From positions 6,014,001 to 6,078,000 of the forward strand of contig OX597831.1 in assembly GCA_951406725.2 (NCBI GenBank): a stretch of DNA of 64,000 nucleotides. Reading direction: 5' to 3'. Source of the stretch: Octopus vulgaris (lineage: Eukaryota). Shown here in pieces: positions 38,968 through 53,366 of the stretch. Position 1 is the stretch's first letter; each line of letters begins with the position of its first letter. The notes below the pieces were generated by a model, which was given only the letters and a program-made list of their open reading frames with translations, did no database searches and was not told where the DNA came from. A program made the translations under genes and the position numbers.

Positions 38968-39344
38968 GTGTATATATGTATATATGTATATATATATATA
39001 AATATATATATATGTGTATATATGTATATATGTATATATATATATATATGTTTATATATTTGTTGTGCAACATATATGTATATATGTACACACACACATA
39101 TGTATATAAATGTACACACACCCACACACATAGAAACTATGTTTGTGTGTGTATACATATATATAAATCTATCCACACAGAGAATATAAAAAAAAAATAT
39201 TGTGTAACTGACTTCAAAATAAAGCAGGTCAGTAGTTTGTTTTCAAGCAATGAATATCAGCACAAAATATTCACAGGATGTCCTTGACTATATTCAAATA
39301 CAAACGCACGCGAACACACTCACACACGTTGTGTAACATATATA

Positions 39345-39380
<36 letters not shown>

Positions 39381-39389
39381 CTCTCTCTC

Positions 39390-39898
<509 letters not shown>

Positions 39899-39921
39899 AA
39901 TATATATAATATTACACACAG

Positions 39922-39965
<44 letters not shown>

Positions 39966-40055
39966 ATGGTTGAAAAGGAAAACACGAGTTGATATATATA
40001 CGGAAAAAAAGTCAAGGTAGCATTTTCTACCTTTTCTTTTTTCTATATATATATG

Positions 40056-40150
<95 letters not shown>

Positions 40151-40340
40151 GTGCAGGTGGCACGTAAAAAACACCCACTTCACTCGCGGAGTGGTTGGCG
40201 TTAGGAAGGGCATTCAGCCGTAGAAACACTGCCAAATCTGACTGGGCCTGATGAAGCCTTCTGGCTTCACAGACCCCAGTTAAACCGTCCAACCCATGCT
40301 AGCATGGAAAACGGACGCTAAATGATGATGATGATGATGA

Positions 40341-40399
<59 letters not shown>

Positions 40400-40431
40400 T
40401 ACATATATATATATACATATATATATGTATG

Positions 40432-40482
<51 letters not shown>

Positions 40483-40486
<4 letters not shown>

Positions 40487-40645
40487 AGAGTTTACGAAAA
40501 AACAAAAGACGAAGACAGGTGGTGTACAAAACAAACACATGTATTAGTATAATGTTCAGGAATAGAAAAAGTATTTTACGTTTCGAGCCTACGCTCTTCT
40601 ACAGAAAGGGACACAGAAAAAACAAGGAGGTAGTGGCTAAGCAAA
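40483..40645 (-). mobile_element. H2 hammerhead-bearing element
   Basis: Minus strand 40572-40609 reads CCTTT CTGTAGA A GAGC GTAG GCTC GAAA CG TA AAATA. Confidence 0.75.
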
Positions 40646-41144
40646 TAATTCAGGAGGAAATATTTGCAAAGATATAAACATCGATTGGCCTGAGGGTGGT
40701 GGTTCTGATCCACCAGTGGCAGATGGATGCCCCCAACAGGTCAGGTGTCCTTATGCACGAAAGTTGGGTGGATCTTCAGTCCCAGTCACATGGTTCAAGT
40801 GGCATCCCTGCCTGACCATGGATTCTACTGGCAAAGTGGCTCTGCTCCACTCAAATATACCAGGAACTCCCCGACAGATGATTTACTTTGCGGCAGAACT
40901 GCGCAGGTGCCATGTAAAAGAGCCTGTGTGGTCCCACATAAAAGCACCTGTAGGGTGCCACTTAAAAGTACCTGTGTGGGTGCCACGTGAAAGCACCCAG
41001 CACACTTTGTAAAGTGGTTGGCATTAGGAAGGGCATCGAGCTGTAGAAACCAAGTCAAATCAGACTGGAGCCTGGTGCAGCTCCCCAGCTTGCAAGCTCT
41101 GGTCAAGCCATCCAACCCATGCCCCCATGGACAACAGACATTAT

Positions 41145-41176
<32 letters not shown>

Positions 41177-41320
41177 CAGGTGCAGACTGTGAGTATTAAA
41201 GGCCCTCAGGCATAACTGTTCACTGGGCCCCCAAAGACATTTAACATGTAGAAAGCAGACTCTTCAGAGCTCCGGGCCCTCGGGCAGTGCCTGCTTGACA
41301 GACGGTTCAGTCTGCCCCTG
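41177..41320. mobile_element. hAT-like MITE (144 bp)
   Basis: TIRs CAGGTGCAGACTG and CAGTCTGCCCCTG; ATGATGAT on both sides (8 bp, inside a GAT repeat). Confidence 0.7.
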
Positions 41321-41612
41321 ATGATGATGGTGATGATGATGATTGGGAGTAGGTTTCTAACAGGCTCATTACTGAATCCATTAATCCTATTCCCAGTGGA
41401 GTAGGGACCTGTTTCAGCTGATGCAATAAAAATCCCCTGTAAAGCATGTTTTTTTTTTTCATTTTGGTTTGTGTATATTCTATATCAGTATAAAATGGAA
41501 CAGAATACATGCATACATACTTATATACATTCATACATACATGCATATGCTTGTATACAAGCATATGTACATAGCTATGTAGAATTATATGCATTCGTAC
41601 TTACAAACATAC

Positions 41613-41655
<43 letters not shown>

Positions 41656-43165
41656 ACTGTGACCAACCAGGCTATCAGATGTTGCTACACATTGCTGGTC
41701 ACAATGACATATACATACATGCACACACACACACACATATATACATACATACATATGTTTGTGTGTCTGTATTTGTCCCCTCACCATTGCTTGGCAACCG
41801 ATGCTGGTGTGTTTACATCTCCGTAACTTAGCAGTTTGGCAAAAGAGAACTGAAAGAATAAGTACTAGGCTTACAAAGAATAAGTCCTAAGTCCTGGGGT
41901 CGATTTGTTCGACTAAAGACGCTGCTCCAGCATGGCCACAGCCAAATGACTGAAACCAATAAAAGAATAAAAGAATGCCTCTCTTAGGTGCGTGTGTTGC
42001 TCTGCTGTGTCCCAAATCATAAACATAAACATGGACACATACGCAAACTCATTAGATAATGTAGTCCTAGATACACTATGCATGGATAAAAGATACGATA
42101 GACATGACTGCAGTACTAGTAACTTAATTAATTAGATGGCTGACATAATCACTATTATGCAAAATGACTAGAAATAGCTATAAACCTCACACACACACAT
42201 ATATATATACATATATATATATGTATATATTTATGTATATATGTGTGTGTGTATGTGTTTGTATGAGCGTGTATGCATATATGTATATATGTGTGTGTAT
42301 GTGTGTATGCATGTATATTACAAGGGGATGCTGAAAAGTCCCTGACTTTGAGGGTATTGTAAAAGGCCTAGTCGTAGGCCCAACTGCTGCGATAAGAGTG
42401 TGAATTTGAGAAGGGAATATGTTGAATAAAATCATAATTAGGTGATCCTCCACCACCACCACTGCTACTGCTGCTGCTGCTGCTGCTGCTGCTGTTACCA
42501 GTATTAAGTTTAATAATTACACATCTTTGATGTGGTGGTAGCAACTGTGGATTACATAATCTGCAGTTTCCCATTCAGTAAGCAACGATCACTTTACACT
42601 AATGAAATTCGTGTGAGATGGTGTCATTGAATCTCCTATAAACAACTGCTCGTGTTTTCTCTTCTTTTTCTAAATATAAATCTGTAGAACACACAACCAG
42701 GACTTAAAAACAGGGGATAAAATTGCAATGCACACATGGAAAATCATGTTATGTTCTTAATAACGATTATTTGTCACCCAATTTGAGGTTTAAATTGCTC
42801 TGAAACGACATACGGTCTTATTCTTTTAATAGTTTCAATCATTGGACCACGGTCAAGCTGGGGCACAGCTTTGAGGAATTTTAGTTGAATGGATCAGCCC
42901 CGGCACTGATTCATTAATTTTATGTTTTAAAACCTGCTTTTGCGAAACAGCTAAGTTATAGGGATGTAAACACACCAACGCCGGTTGAAAGTGGTGGTCA
43001 CATACACACACACGCACAAACACAACATGCCCCTTTCAGTTTCCATCTATCAAATCCCCTTACAAGGTTTTGTTTGGCCCAGCTATAGTTGAAGACACTT
43101 GTACAATGTGTCATGAATGGGACTGAACCTGGAACCATGTGGATGCGAAGCAAGCTTCTTATACA

Positions 43166-43240
<75 letters not shown>

Positions 43241-43264
43241 TGATTTATCTATCTATATATATAG

Positions 43265-43450
43265 TTTATCCAAACAAGAAAGCACAAAAAAACACAACAA
43301 TGCGAGGACGTGGAACAAATATAGTATTATTGGACGCTCAGGAAAGAAGGAAAGAAGGAGGGTTTAACGTTTCGAGCGGAGCTCTTCGTCGGAAACATAG
43401 GAGAAGGGAAGACAGAGGGAAAAAAATCGCCAACGGTACACACGAGGTCA
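43265..43450 (-). mobile_element. H4 hammerhead-bearing element (sister of H2)
   Basis: Minus strand 43362-43396 reads GTTT CCGACGA A GAGC TCC GCTC GAAA CG TT AAAC; downstream CCTGAGCG..TAATAC..TTTGTT resembles H2. Confidence 0.7.
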
Positions 43451-43838
43451 GGTGCAGGAATGGCTGTGTGGTATCTTGCTTACCATCCACATCGTTCTGG
43501 GTTCAGTTCCACTGCGTGACACTATAGCCTCGAACAGGCCAAAGCCCTGTGAGTGGATTTGGTAGACAGAAACTGAAAGAAGCCAGTCAGTCAGTTTTAG
43601 CAACGACCACGCTCAAAGGTGTTTTTACGTGCCACCACCAATCAGCAGCCCCAACAACGATCACGCTCGGATGGGTTTTTAATGTTCCGCTGGCACATGT
43701 GCCAATCATCGGCGATGTCAGCAATTCTGATTTTGTTTTCACTTGCCTCAACAGGTTTTTGCAAGCAAAGTTTATTGTCCAATGAATGAGGGGTAATTTC
43801 TCTTTGTTTAATGGTCATTTTCATAGCATATTTTTCGA

Positions 43839-43913
43839 TGGCCTGATAACTGAAGAGATGCCAGTGTGGGTTTCCATCCCGACATCTGAAACTCAGAGTT
43901 TTAATCATGGCTA
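43839..43913 (+). ncRNA. Type I hammerhead fold with long stem II (H5 element, ~43798-43990)
   Basis: TGGCCTGATAA CTGAAGA GATGCCAGTGTGG-GTTT-CCATCCCGACATC T GAAA CTCAGAG TT TTAATCATGGCTA; stems I and II pair with a few mismatches. Confidence 0.65.
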
Positions 43914-44005
43914 CTGAATAATTGTCACATATTATATTTACAGATAAATTCTTGTATTTACATAATGAGGTCGCCTTCATTCTTTTGTTGTCTTGCCATT
44001 TCTAT

Positions 44006-44136
<131 letters not shown>

Positions 44137-44218
44137 TATTCCTGAGTGCCATACTAATACAATTGTTTGTTTGTACTCCACCTGCCTTCGTCTTTTGTTT
44201 ATTTTCGTAAACCTTCCC

Positions 44219-44254
<36 letters not shown>

Positions 44255-44268
44255 CATACATACATACA

Positions 44269-44302
<34 letters not shown>

Positions 44303-44388
44303 GGTTTGAAACATCAAAGACTTTTCCATTTTTGCCGAGCGTCAAGCTAATACACCAGTCTCTGTCTTTTGTCTTGCGTACATTTGAA

Positions 44389-44447
<59 letters not shown>

Positions 44448-44503
44448 CATACACACACACACAAACATATATATACATTTATACATACATGCATGCATGC
44501 ATG

Positions 44504-44567
<64 letters not shown>

Positions 44568-45179
44568 TACATAAATGTATCTGTAGGCGTATTGGGAGGA
44601 CACTTAGTCTCTGAAGTAGACTCAAATTACAGGCACACATACAAATCTTGTCCACCCAACCCTTTCTATTGCTGTCCACAAACTTCAGTAATAAGATATT
44701 CTTTTATAGCTATCATCCATGCTCATTAAATTACACTTCCTAGTGATGGATGACCACACCCACACACACACACACACACACACATCACTGTTCTGTTATT
44801 TTGTGTCTTTACTGTATACTTTGCATGCATTTTGGTCTATAACTGTTATCTTTCTTTGCTCAACCTGTTGCTGTTTCCACCTCTTCTACTCTTTTCAGAT
44901 ATGTTGAAATGCACCTAAGCACTATACAATAAGCTCATTTTTATATCCAATGAATGAGGGGTAATGGCAGGCTTGGAAATTGTTAGGAGACCCCTCTTTT
45001 AATGAAACAATTGGCAGCCTTGTTAAGCCAGAAACAAAGTACAGTAATGTATTCACACTTTTATTGTAATGTAGAGCAAAGTTGTGAACAGAGGGAAGAA
45101 TGGTGAGAGAAGAATGAATGAAGGTTGCAAGTATGTAGGAGGAGAGAGTATGATGGACTTATAAAAGGAGCAGAGGTAA

Positions 45180-45790
45180 GGCAGCAAGCTGGCAGAAGCA
45201 TTAGCACGCCGGGCAAAATGCTGAGCGGTATTTTGTCTGTCTTTACATTCTGAGTTCAAGTCCCACTGAGGTCGACTTTGCCTTTCATCCTTTCGGGGTC
45301 GATAAATTAAGTACCAGTCACGCACTGGGGTTGATGTAATCGACTTAATCCATTTGTCTGTCCTTGTTTGTCCTTTCTGTGTTTAGCCCCTTGTGGGTTG
45401 TAAAGAAATAGATATTTCGTCTGCCGTTACGTTCTGAGTTCAAATTCTGCTGAGGTCGACTTTGCCTTTCATCCTTTTGGGGTCGATAAATTAAGTACCA
45501 GTTACACACTGGGGTCAATATAATCGACTTAATCCCTTTGTCTGACTTTGTTTGTCCCCTCTATGTTTAGCCCCTTGTGGACAATAAAGAAATAAGAATC
45601 GTTAGAATGCTGGGCGTAAAGCTTAGCAGTATTTCATCTCTCTTTACATTCTGAATTCAAGTTCCACTGAGTTTGACTTTGCCTTTCATCCTTTCGGGAC
45701 CGAGAAATTAAGTACCAGTTGCGTACTGGGGCCAATCTAATTGACTCCCTCCCCCCTCCCCCAAACTTTTAGACCTTGTGCCTGGAGAAG
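45180..45790 (+). mobile_element. Three head-to-tail SINE A units
   Basis: A bodies at about 45180-45410, 45411-45592 and 45596-45790; the last has a variant tail. Confidence 0.85.
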
Positions 45791-47106
45791 AAAAGTATAT
45801 TAGGAGCAGAGGTGGTTGATTGTAAATAGGAATGGAAGCTATCAATGGTAAGAATAAGTAATGACTGTCAATGAAATATGACACAACTGAAATGACTGCC
45901 AGACAAGGATCATGGTATCTAATGACGGATTCTGTCGTCATTAATTACATCATCATTCGTTATTTAATGTCCATCCTCTTTCCATGGTGGCCTCGCCTGG
46001 ATGATTTGACATGAACCAGCAAGTCAGAGGACTTACACTAAGCTCCACTGTCTGTTGTGGCATGGCTGCCATGGCCGGATGCCCTTCCTAATGTCATCCA
46101 CTTTACAGAGTGTACTGGGTGCTTCTTATGTGGTACCAACACCAGCAAGGTCACCTAGTAACTAACAGGATAAGACCCCAAGACAAACTGAGGTTGGGTG
46201 GGGTAGTATTGAGGAAGGTGGTTCTGTGCCCAATGATAAGAGATTAGAATATAATAGGCTGGACAGAAAACATGTATTTTGCCGGCTACTTCATTTGGTA
46301 AAAGAGACAGGAAAGGCGAGAGAAAGGGAGGGTGAGAGAGAGAGAGGGAGAGAGGGATATGACAGAATTATAGGCAGAATGACATAGAGGGAGTAAGAGA
46401 GGGAGGTGGAGAGAGGTGAAGAGAGAGAGAATAATATTGGTGGAAACACAGGAGGACAGTGACAAGTAACAATGTTAAGACTTACAGCTGTGTTGAGACA
46501 CTTATGATCTACTGTTGACAGCTGTTGAAAAACAATGACCTTGACTCTAAAATGTATGTGTAATTGCATGTGTTTGTGTGTCTATGTATATGTATATGTA
46601 TGTATATATGTATATGTATATATAAATACACACACACGCACACACACATATAAGTACTATATATATATCTATTCTAATATAGACATTTATATATACATAC
46701 ATACACTTATACATACAATTATACCCCCTTACATGCACACACATTCATATATTATAATATATATGTGTGTGTGTGCATGTGAGAGGGATGAGATATATAT
46801 ATTTATATATATTATTATTATTATGATTGGGTTTTTTGTATTATTTTTGTATTTCTATTCGTGTAACATCGTCCATTTTTCCGTCCTTGTTTCGTATACA
46901 TTTGAAGCTTTTTTTAAAAGGAATCTAATGCTCTTAGCTTAGTTTTTCCTTGGGGCTGGCCAGATTGGAGCAATCTCAAGATTAATCAGCCGAAATTGCG
47001 AGGATGATCTGGTTCTTGACTGAAGATTAAAGGCTTCGAATGACCAGTCGGTGTTTTCTGTATCGTCTATCTGGATGTTTTGCGTTCTTGTCCCATTTTG
47101 TATTTA

Positions 47107-47350
<244 letters not shown>

Positions 47351-47886
47351 TATATATATGGCGTTAGGAAGGGCATCCAGCTCTAGAAACACTGCCAGAT
47401 CTGACTGGCCTGGTGCAGCCTTCGGGCTTCCCAGACCCCAGTTGAACCGTCCAACCCATGCTAGCATGGAAAGCGGACGTTAAACGATGATGATGATGAT
47501 GATATATATATATATATATATTATACATACATGCACACACACACACATATATCTATACATGCATAAATGTGTGTGTGTGTATGCTTACGCGTGTGCACAT
47601 GTGTATGTGTACGTATAAATGTTTATATCCAGTAATTGCATTAAAAATTATGGAGCAACGGAATGTTGATGCTGGTTGGCATTCCCTGTTAACAAAATAA
47701 TCTATTTTCTCAGTGATTTCACACTCAAGTAAACTACAAAAAACCCTTGCAAAAACAGATAAGGGTTAGGGGTTAGCAACAGAGAGGACATCTAGCTATG
47801 TGAAGCAATGCCTTATTAATATGCATGTATCCAACACATGTTAACATGGATATATGTATATATGTATATATATATATATATATATA

Positions 47887-48271
47887 CTAGCAGTATCGCC
47901 CGGCGTTGCTCAGGTTTGTAAGGGAAATAACTATAAAGCATTTTTAGAGAGTTATAGCCAAAAAAATAGCAAAAAAATGGAAAAAAAATGATGGTAAATG
48001 TTTTTTGAGAGTTAAAAAAGGTGGAGTTGCGTCCCCTAGACGGTCTGTGGTTTGGGTTTCTGATTCTCGACCCCATGTCGAATTTATCGATTTTTTTCAG
48101 AACTGGGGGAACTTTTCAAAATTTTCGCTGCGTTAGTTTTGAATTATGACATTGGGCTATGTGTGTGTCAAGTTTCATCAGAATCGGTTGAAAGCCGTGG
48201 TCAGAGTGAGGGTACGAGAAAACAGACACACAGAAAATGCACAGACAAACTGCCGTTTATATAGAGAGAGA
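47887..48271 (-). mobile_element. Non-autonomous Helitron
   Basis: Same 3' hairpin and CTAG end as 34106-34503, with a different internal region. Confidence 0.75.
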
Positions 48272-48984
48272 TATATGGCACATAAAAAGCACAATTCGAG
48301 CATAGTCATTGCCAGTGCCACCTGACTGGCTCCCATGCCAGTGGCATGTAAAGAGCACCATTCAAGCGTGGTTGATGCCAGTACCGCCTGACTGGCCCTC
48401 GTGCTGGTGGCAAGTAAAAAGCACCCACTACACTCTCATTAGGAAGGGCATCCAGCTGTAGTAACTTTGCCAGATCCGATTGGATCCTGGTGCAGCCTTC
48501 TGGTTTGCCAGCCCTCAGTCAAACCGTCTAACCCAAGCCAGCATGGAAAGTGGACGTTAAACAACGACGACGACGACAATGATGATGATATATAAATGAA
48601 TATGTATATCATCATCATCCTCCTCATCATCATCGTTTAACGTCTGTTTTCCATGCTAGCATGGGTTGGGTAGTTTGACCGGGGTCTGGGAAGCCAGGAG
48701 GCTGTGCCAGGCTCCAGTTTGATCTGGCAATGTTTCTACAGCTGGATGCCCTTCCTAACACTAACCACTCCGTGAGTGTAGTGGGTGCTTTTTACGTGCC
48801 ACCGGCACAGGGGCTGGAGGTAGCTAGCAAACGGCCATGATCAGTTGGTGCTTTTTACGTGTCACCGACACGGATGTCAGTCAGGCGGCGCTGGCATCAG
48901 CCATGTTTGGATGCTGCTTTTTACGTGCCACCAGCATGGGTATCACAACTACAATTTCCATATTTCCAATATTCGGCATATTTT

Positions 48985-50030
48985 GCTTTAAAAGTTCTAT
49001 AAAGGCAACAACATAAAGGAAAGTGCAAGGAAGATTAATGCAGTATACGGGGATCAGACAATAAGTGTAAGCCAGTGTCAACGGTGGTTCCAGAAATTCC
49101 GAGCTGGAAACTACAGTCTTGTCCTGGAAGATCTGTAAAGCTTGACAAGGATGTCCTGCAAACCCTGGTGGAACAAAATCCCATCGTAACTGTTGAGGAA
49201 CTTACAGAGAAGCTTGGATTTGGTCATTCAACCATTCATTGACACCATTCATGCCATCGGAAAAGTCAGCAAATTGGGTCAATGGGTTCTTCACAAACTT
49301 TCTAAGTTTAATCACGTGCAGAAAGTGAATGTGTGCTCTTCTTTGCCGTCATGTCTTTCAAATGAACACTTTTGGACCGATCAGTGACTGGTGTCGAGAG
49401 ACGGGTTCAAGAATGTCAAGTGCTGAAGATAGTGGGTGGAGAAAGGAGAAGCACTGTCACCCCAGGCTAAAGAAGGTCTTCACCCACATAAAGTGTTGTT
49501 ATCTTTTTGGTGGGATATGATAAGTTTAGTCCACTTTGAACTTTTAAACTCAAATCAAACGATAACAAAGGAGATCTACTGCAAGCAGCTTACACGGCTT
49601 AAGTCAGTGCTAGAAGAAAAGCGACCATCCTTGGTTTCAAGACGAATGGTGTTCTTCTATCAGGGTAACACTTGGTCACATTCAGCAAGGATCACATTCC
49701 AAAGGCTGGAGGAGTTTGAATGAGAAATGATGCCCCACCCTCCATATTTGCCAGACATTGTCCCGTCTGATTATCATTTATTCTGCACTCTTCAAAATCA
49801 TTTGGATGGAAAAAATATGAATTCTGTAGATGAGGTGAGAACAGTACTGGAGGAGTATTTTTCGTCACAGACAAGTGAATTTTGGAAGAGGGGCCTTGCA
49901 AGCCTACAAGATAGATGGAAGAGCATTGTAGAAAATGAAGGAGTGTATATTTTAGATTAAAAATGAAATTTGTTTATCTTAATTTTGAAAAATAAAAGAG
50001 GTATAAAAAAGACTGCATCATGTATAGGAT
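48985..50030 (+). mobile_element. Mariner (DD34D) transposase remnant
   Basis: GQWVLHKL, LHPHKVLLSFWWD, FYQGNTWSHSA and PHPPYLPDIVPSDYHLF..ENEGVY; frameshifts and stops. Confidence 0.88.
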
Positions 50031-50596
50031 GATCCAATATATATATATATATATGGTATGTATGTATGTATATTTTTTGCATGTTTATTCCTAACTAACA
50101 CTTCTTTTGATGCTGTTGACACCACCAAATTGAATGGTACTGCCCAGGTGTCAAAACCATAATGATATCGATGGGGCAGCTGATGATGGAGGTAAACTGG
50201 ATTGTTGGTATGGCTGTTTTTGCATATGTGGAACAGTGTTATAACACATTCTTTTGATATATATATATATATATATATCATCATCATCATCATCGTCATC
50301 ATTATTTTAATGTCCATGTCATGTTCCATGGGGGTATGGGTTAGGAGAATGTTTTAATATTTATTAATAATCATTTCTCATATATCTCTATACAAGTCCC
50401 TTATGATTTATTTTCAACAATGCCGTCATTATCCCACAAAGCCCATTCTCTCCAACCTAATTCCATAGTTTATTCCACAGGTGTTTAGTGCTGTGTTTTA
50501 TTTGTACATCGCTATTAATAAATCTTCTATAACCAATACATCACCATCACCATCATCATCGTGATCATCAGTATTGTCATCGACATCATCATCATT

Positions 50597-50636
<40 letters not shown>

Positions 50637-51236
50637 CTTAACATCTGTTTTCCATGCTGGCATGGGTTGGACGGTTTGACGGGAGCCGGCAAGCCAGAAG
50701 ACTGCACCATGCTTCACTCTATGTTTTGGCATGGGTTTTACTTGTTGCTGAAATGAGTGGATCAACAGGAATTCCATTTCATCCCCGTAACTTAGTGGTT
50801 CGGCAAAAGAGACCGATAGAATAAGTACTAGGCTTACAAAGAATGAATCCTGGGGTCGATTTGTTCGTCTAACGGTGGTGCTCCAGCATGGCCGCAGTCA
50901 AATGACTGAAAGAAATAAAAGAGTAAAAGAGTAACATGTCTGAATCAGCCATAATGAACCTCAATTAATTTATTTCTTCAGGTAAACACCACACCTGGAA
51001 CCTTCCCCATGCTGGATCTGGAACTTACAGCGCATCTTGAAACTACGAGCTGGCATGCATGTCTATAATTTCATATGCATGCTTATATGAATGTGTATAT
51101 TGATTTATTAATGTGCATGTATATGTAAGTGTTAGGACATGTCTCTGTATGCATTGATGTATGCATAAGTGTCAGGATAGGGTATATACACAGATATGTT
51201 AATCTCAACACTGACTTGTTGCTTTATTATCAATAT

Positions 51237-51317
<81 letters not shown>

Positions 51318-51318
<1 letters not shown>

Positions 51319-51532
51319 TTTATTTAAAGCAGCAGAAAATTCAACAAAATCTGTTACTCTGAGTTTCTCGTTGCCGTTCATCAGACAGTTTTTGCTATGA
51401 ACGGCAATGAGAAACTCAGAGTAACAGATTTTGTTGAATTTTCTGCTGCTTTAAATAAAGCATATTACTCTACCACTGGTATTTGAGTACTCTTTTTTTC
51501 CACCTTGTTTCACATTTATGTGTTTACTCCGG
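51318..51532. mobile_element. H3 inverted-repeat element, second copy
   Basis: Minus-strand HHR at 51351-51388 reads CTGT CTGATGA A CG GCAA CG A GAAA CTCAGAG TA ACAG (canonical core). The plus arm is 5'-truncated at 51397; same 3' extension as the 17086 copy; in (TA)n. Confidence 0.8.
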
Positions 51533-51629
51533 TATATATATATATATATATATTGATAATAAGGCAACAAATCAGTGTTGAGATTAGCAGATGCTATATG
51601 GTGATGATGACGATGATGATGATGACAAG

Positions 51630-51750
51630 TGTTCCTTTCTGTCGAAGAGCATATGCTCGAAATGTAAAATGCTTTCTCACTTCCTGAGTGTTAAACTAAT
51701 ACATCTGTTTGTCTTCGTCTTTTGTTTTTTTTTTTTTGTAAACTCTCACT
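51630..51750 (+). mobile_element. H2 element, truncated
   Basis: 51636-51669 reads TTT CTGTCGA A GAGC ATAT GCTC GAAA TG TA AAA. Confidence 0.7.
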
Positions 51751-51791
51751 ATATATAAATAGATATATAATTTGATTTAAAATTTAAAACT

Positions 51792-52167
51792 TGGCTGTGT
51801 GGTAAGTAGCTTGCTTGTGAACCATATGGTTCCAGGTTCAGTCCCACTGCGTGGCACCTTGGGCAAGTGTCTTCTAGTATAGCCTTGGGCCAACCAAAGC
51901 CTTGTGAGTGGATTTGGTAGACGGAAACTGATAGAAGCCCATCGTATATATGCGGCTGTGTATGTTTGTGTGTCTGTGTTTGTCCACCCAACATCGCTTG
52001 ACAATCAATGCTGGTGTGTTTACGTCCACGCAACTTAGCAGTTCAGCAAAAGAGACCAATAGAATAAGTACTAGGCTTACAAAGAATAAGTCCTGGGGTC
52101 GATTTGCTCGACTAAAGGTGGTGCTCCAGCATGGCCACAGTCAAATGACTGAAACAAGTAAAAGAGT
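51792..52167 (+). mobile_element. SINE family B
   Basis: B consensus. Confidence 0.9.
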
Positions 52168-52381
52168 ATTGAACATGTCCCTCATAGTATGCTGACAAAG
52201 CATATTCGCTGTCAATGGATATCTGGTGTTGTCCATGGTAATTGCACAATCATTGCTGGATCTCCCTCAGGAATTCCTCAGTGTACATTGAGTATAACAG
52301 AAATGGAAAATGGAATATACATATATTCCATTTTCTGTCTCTGTCATTTCTGATCTTTTTTTTTCTCATAATTATTTTAGA

Positions 52382-52733
52382 CTAGCAGTATCGCCCAGCG
52401 TTGCTCAGGGTTGTTTCGACCCTTTTGAATTAGAATTTTTGAAAAGCAAACATTTTTCTGGTTGAAATACACCGAAAAATGGCGACACAGCAGTAAAAAA
52501 ATCATAAAAAATAGGGATTTTCATAGAAAAGAAGCACCTTTTTGGTGTAAATAATTTTTGGTGTTTACATGTTCTGATTTCAATTTTTTCTTCTACGGAA
52601 GGAAGAGCAAGCCTTCTTCTATCATAACTCTCAATTTTGGTCAACTTGCACCACAGGGTCTTGGAGGAGATAGTGCTAGTTGAAGGCTACCAAACCTGCC
52701 ACACACAGACAACTTCAGCTTTATATAGAGAGA
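52382..52733 (-). mobile_element. Non-autonomous Helitron
   Basis: Shares only the ~30-nt 3' hairpin/CTAG end and a TC..TATATAAA start with the other two Helitrons. Confidence 0.7.
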
Positions 52734-53187
52734 TAAAGAATGTCATTAATTCTATTTTCTTTCATTTTGTCTATTTATATATTTATATATATTTCTATAC
52801 TCTAGGGATAATACTGAACTCCTGACGTATATCGGTCACAGGAACAAACAAATATAAACACATAAACACAAATACCAAATCTGTTTTAAATGTGTCGCCA
52901 GAAATTTATATGGCCAAATACATTTGATGGTCAGCTCGTGACATGGACAATAACCGTGACATATGAGATAAAGAGGAATGAAACATCCTGTGGGTGCAGT
53001 CGTGACCATCTGACCTAGAAATATGCTATTGAAATGGATATGCTTATGATGTCAAGCAGGCGTAAGTGCAAAGGCTTTCCAGCCATGACAAACCCATTCT
53101 TTATTGTTCTACATTGTAACTAGGAATGTCTTATCTGATGTGAATTTATACTTGTTTTATTTTTTTTAAGATGAAATATGATATATT

Positions 53188-53366
53188 TGTTAGTTAGTTA
53201 GTTAATTTGGCTCAAAAGCAAATAGCAAGGCCATGTAGGGGGACATGGAGTTAAGTAGAGGGTGGTGTTCATGTAAAGAGTTCAGGCCACTTGAGGTCAA
53301 GGGAGACTTTGAAAAAAGCGGTCGTCGGCATCTTCACCATCTCGTCTGGCAGCTTGTTCCACGGAT
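53188..53366 (-). mobile_element. CR1-like LINE 3' end with (TAAC)n tail
   Basis: PWNKLPDEMVKMPTTAFFKVSLD then a stop, a short UTR and TAAC repeats. Confidence 0.65.

Noticed and set aside
46940-47050. GGCTG...CAGCC-GAAA hairpin and a nearby CTGAAGA
   Set aside because: The core halves are not in the order or spacing of a hammerhead. Possibly a repeat of related origin, but not supportable as a ribozyme.
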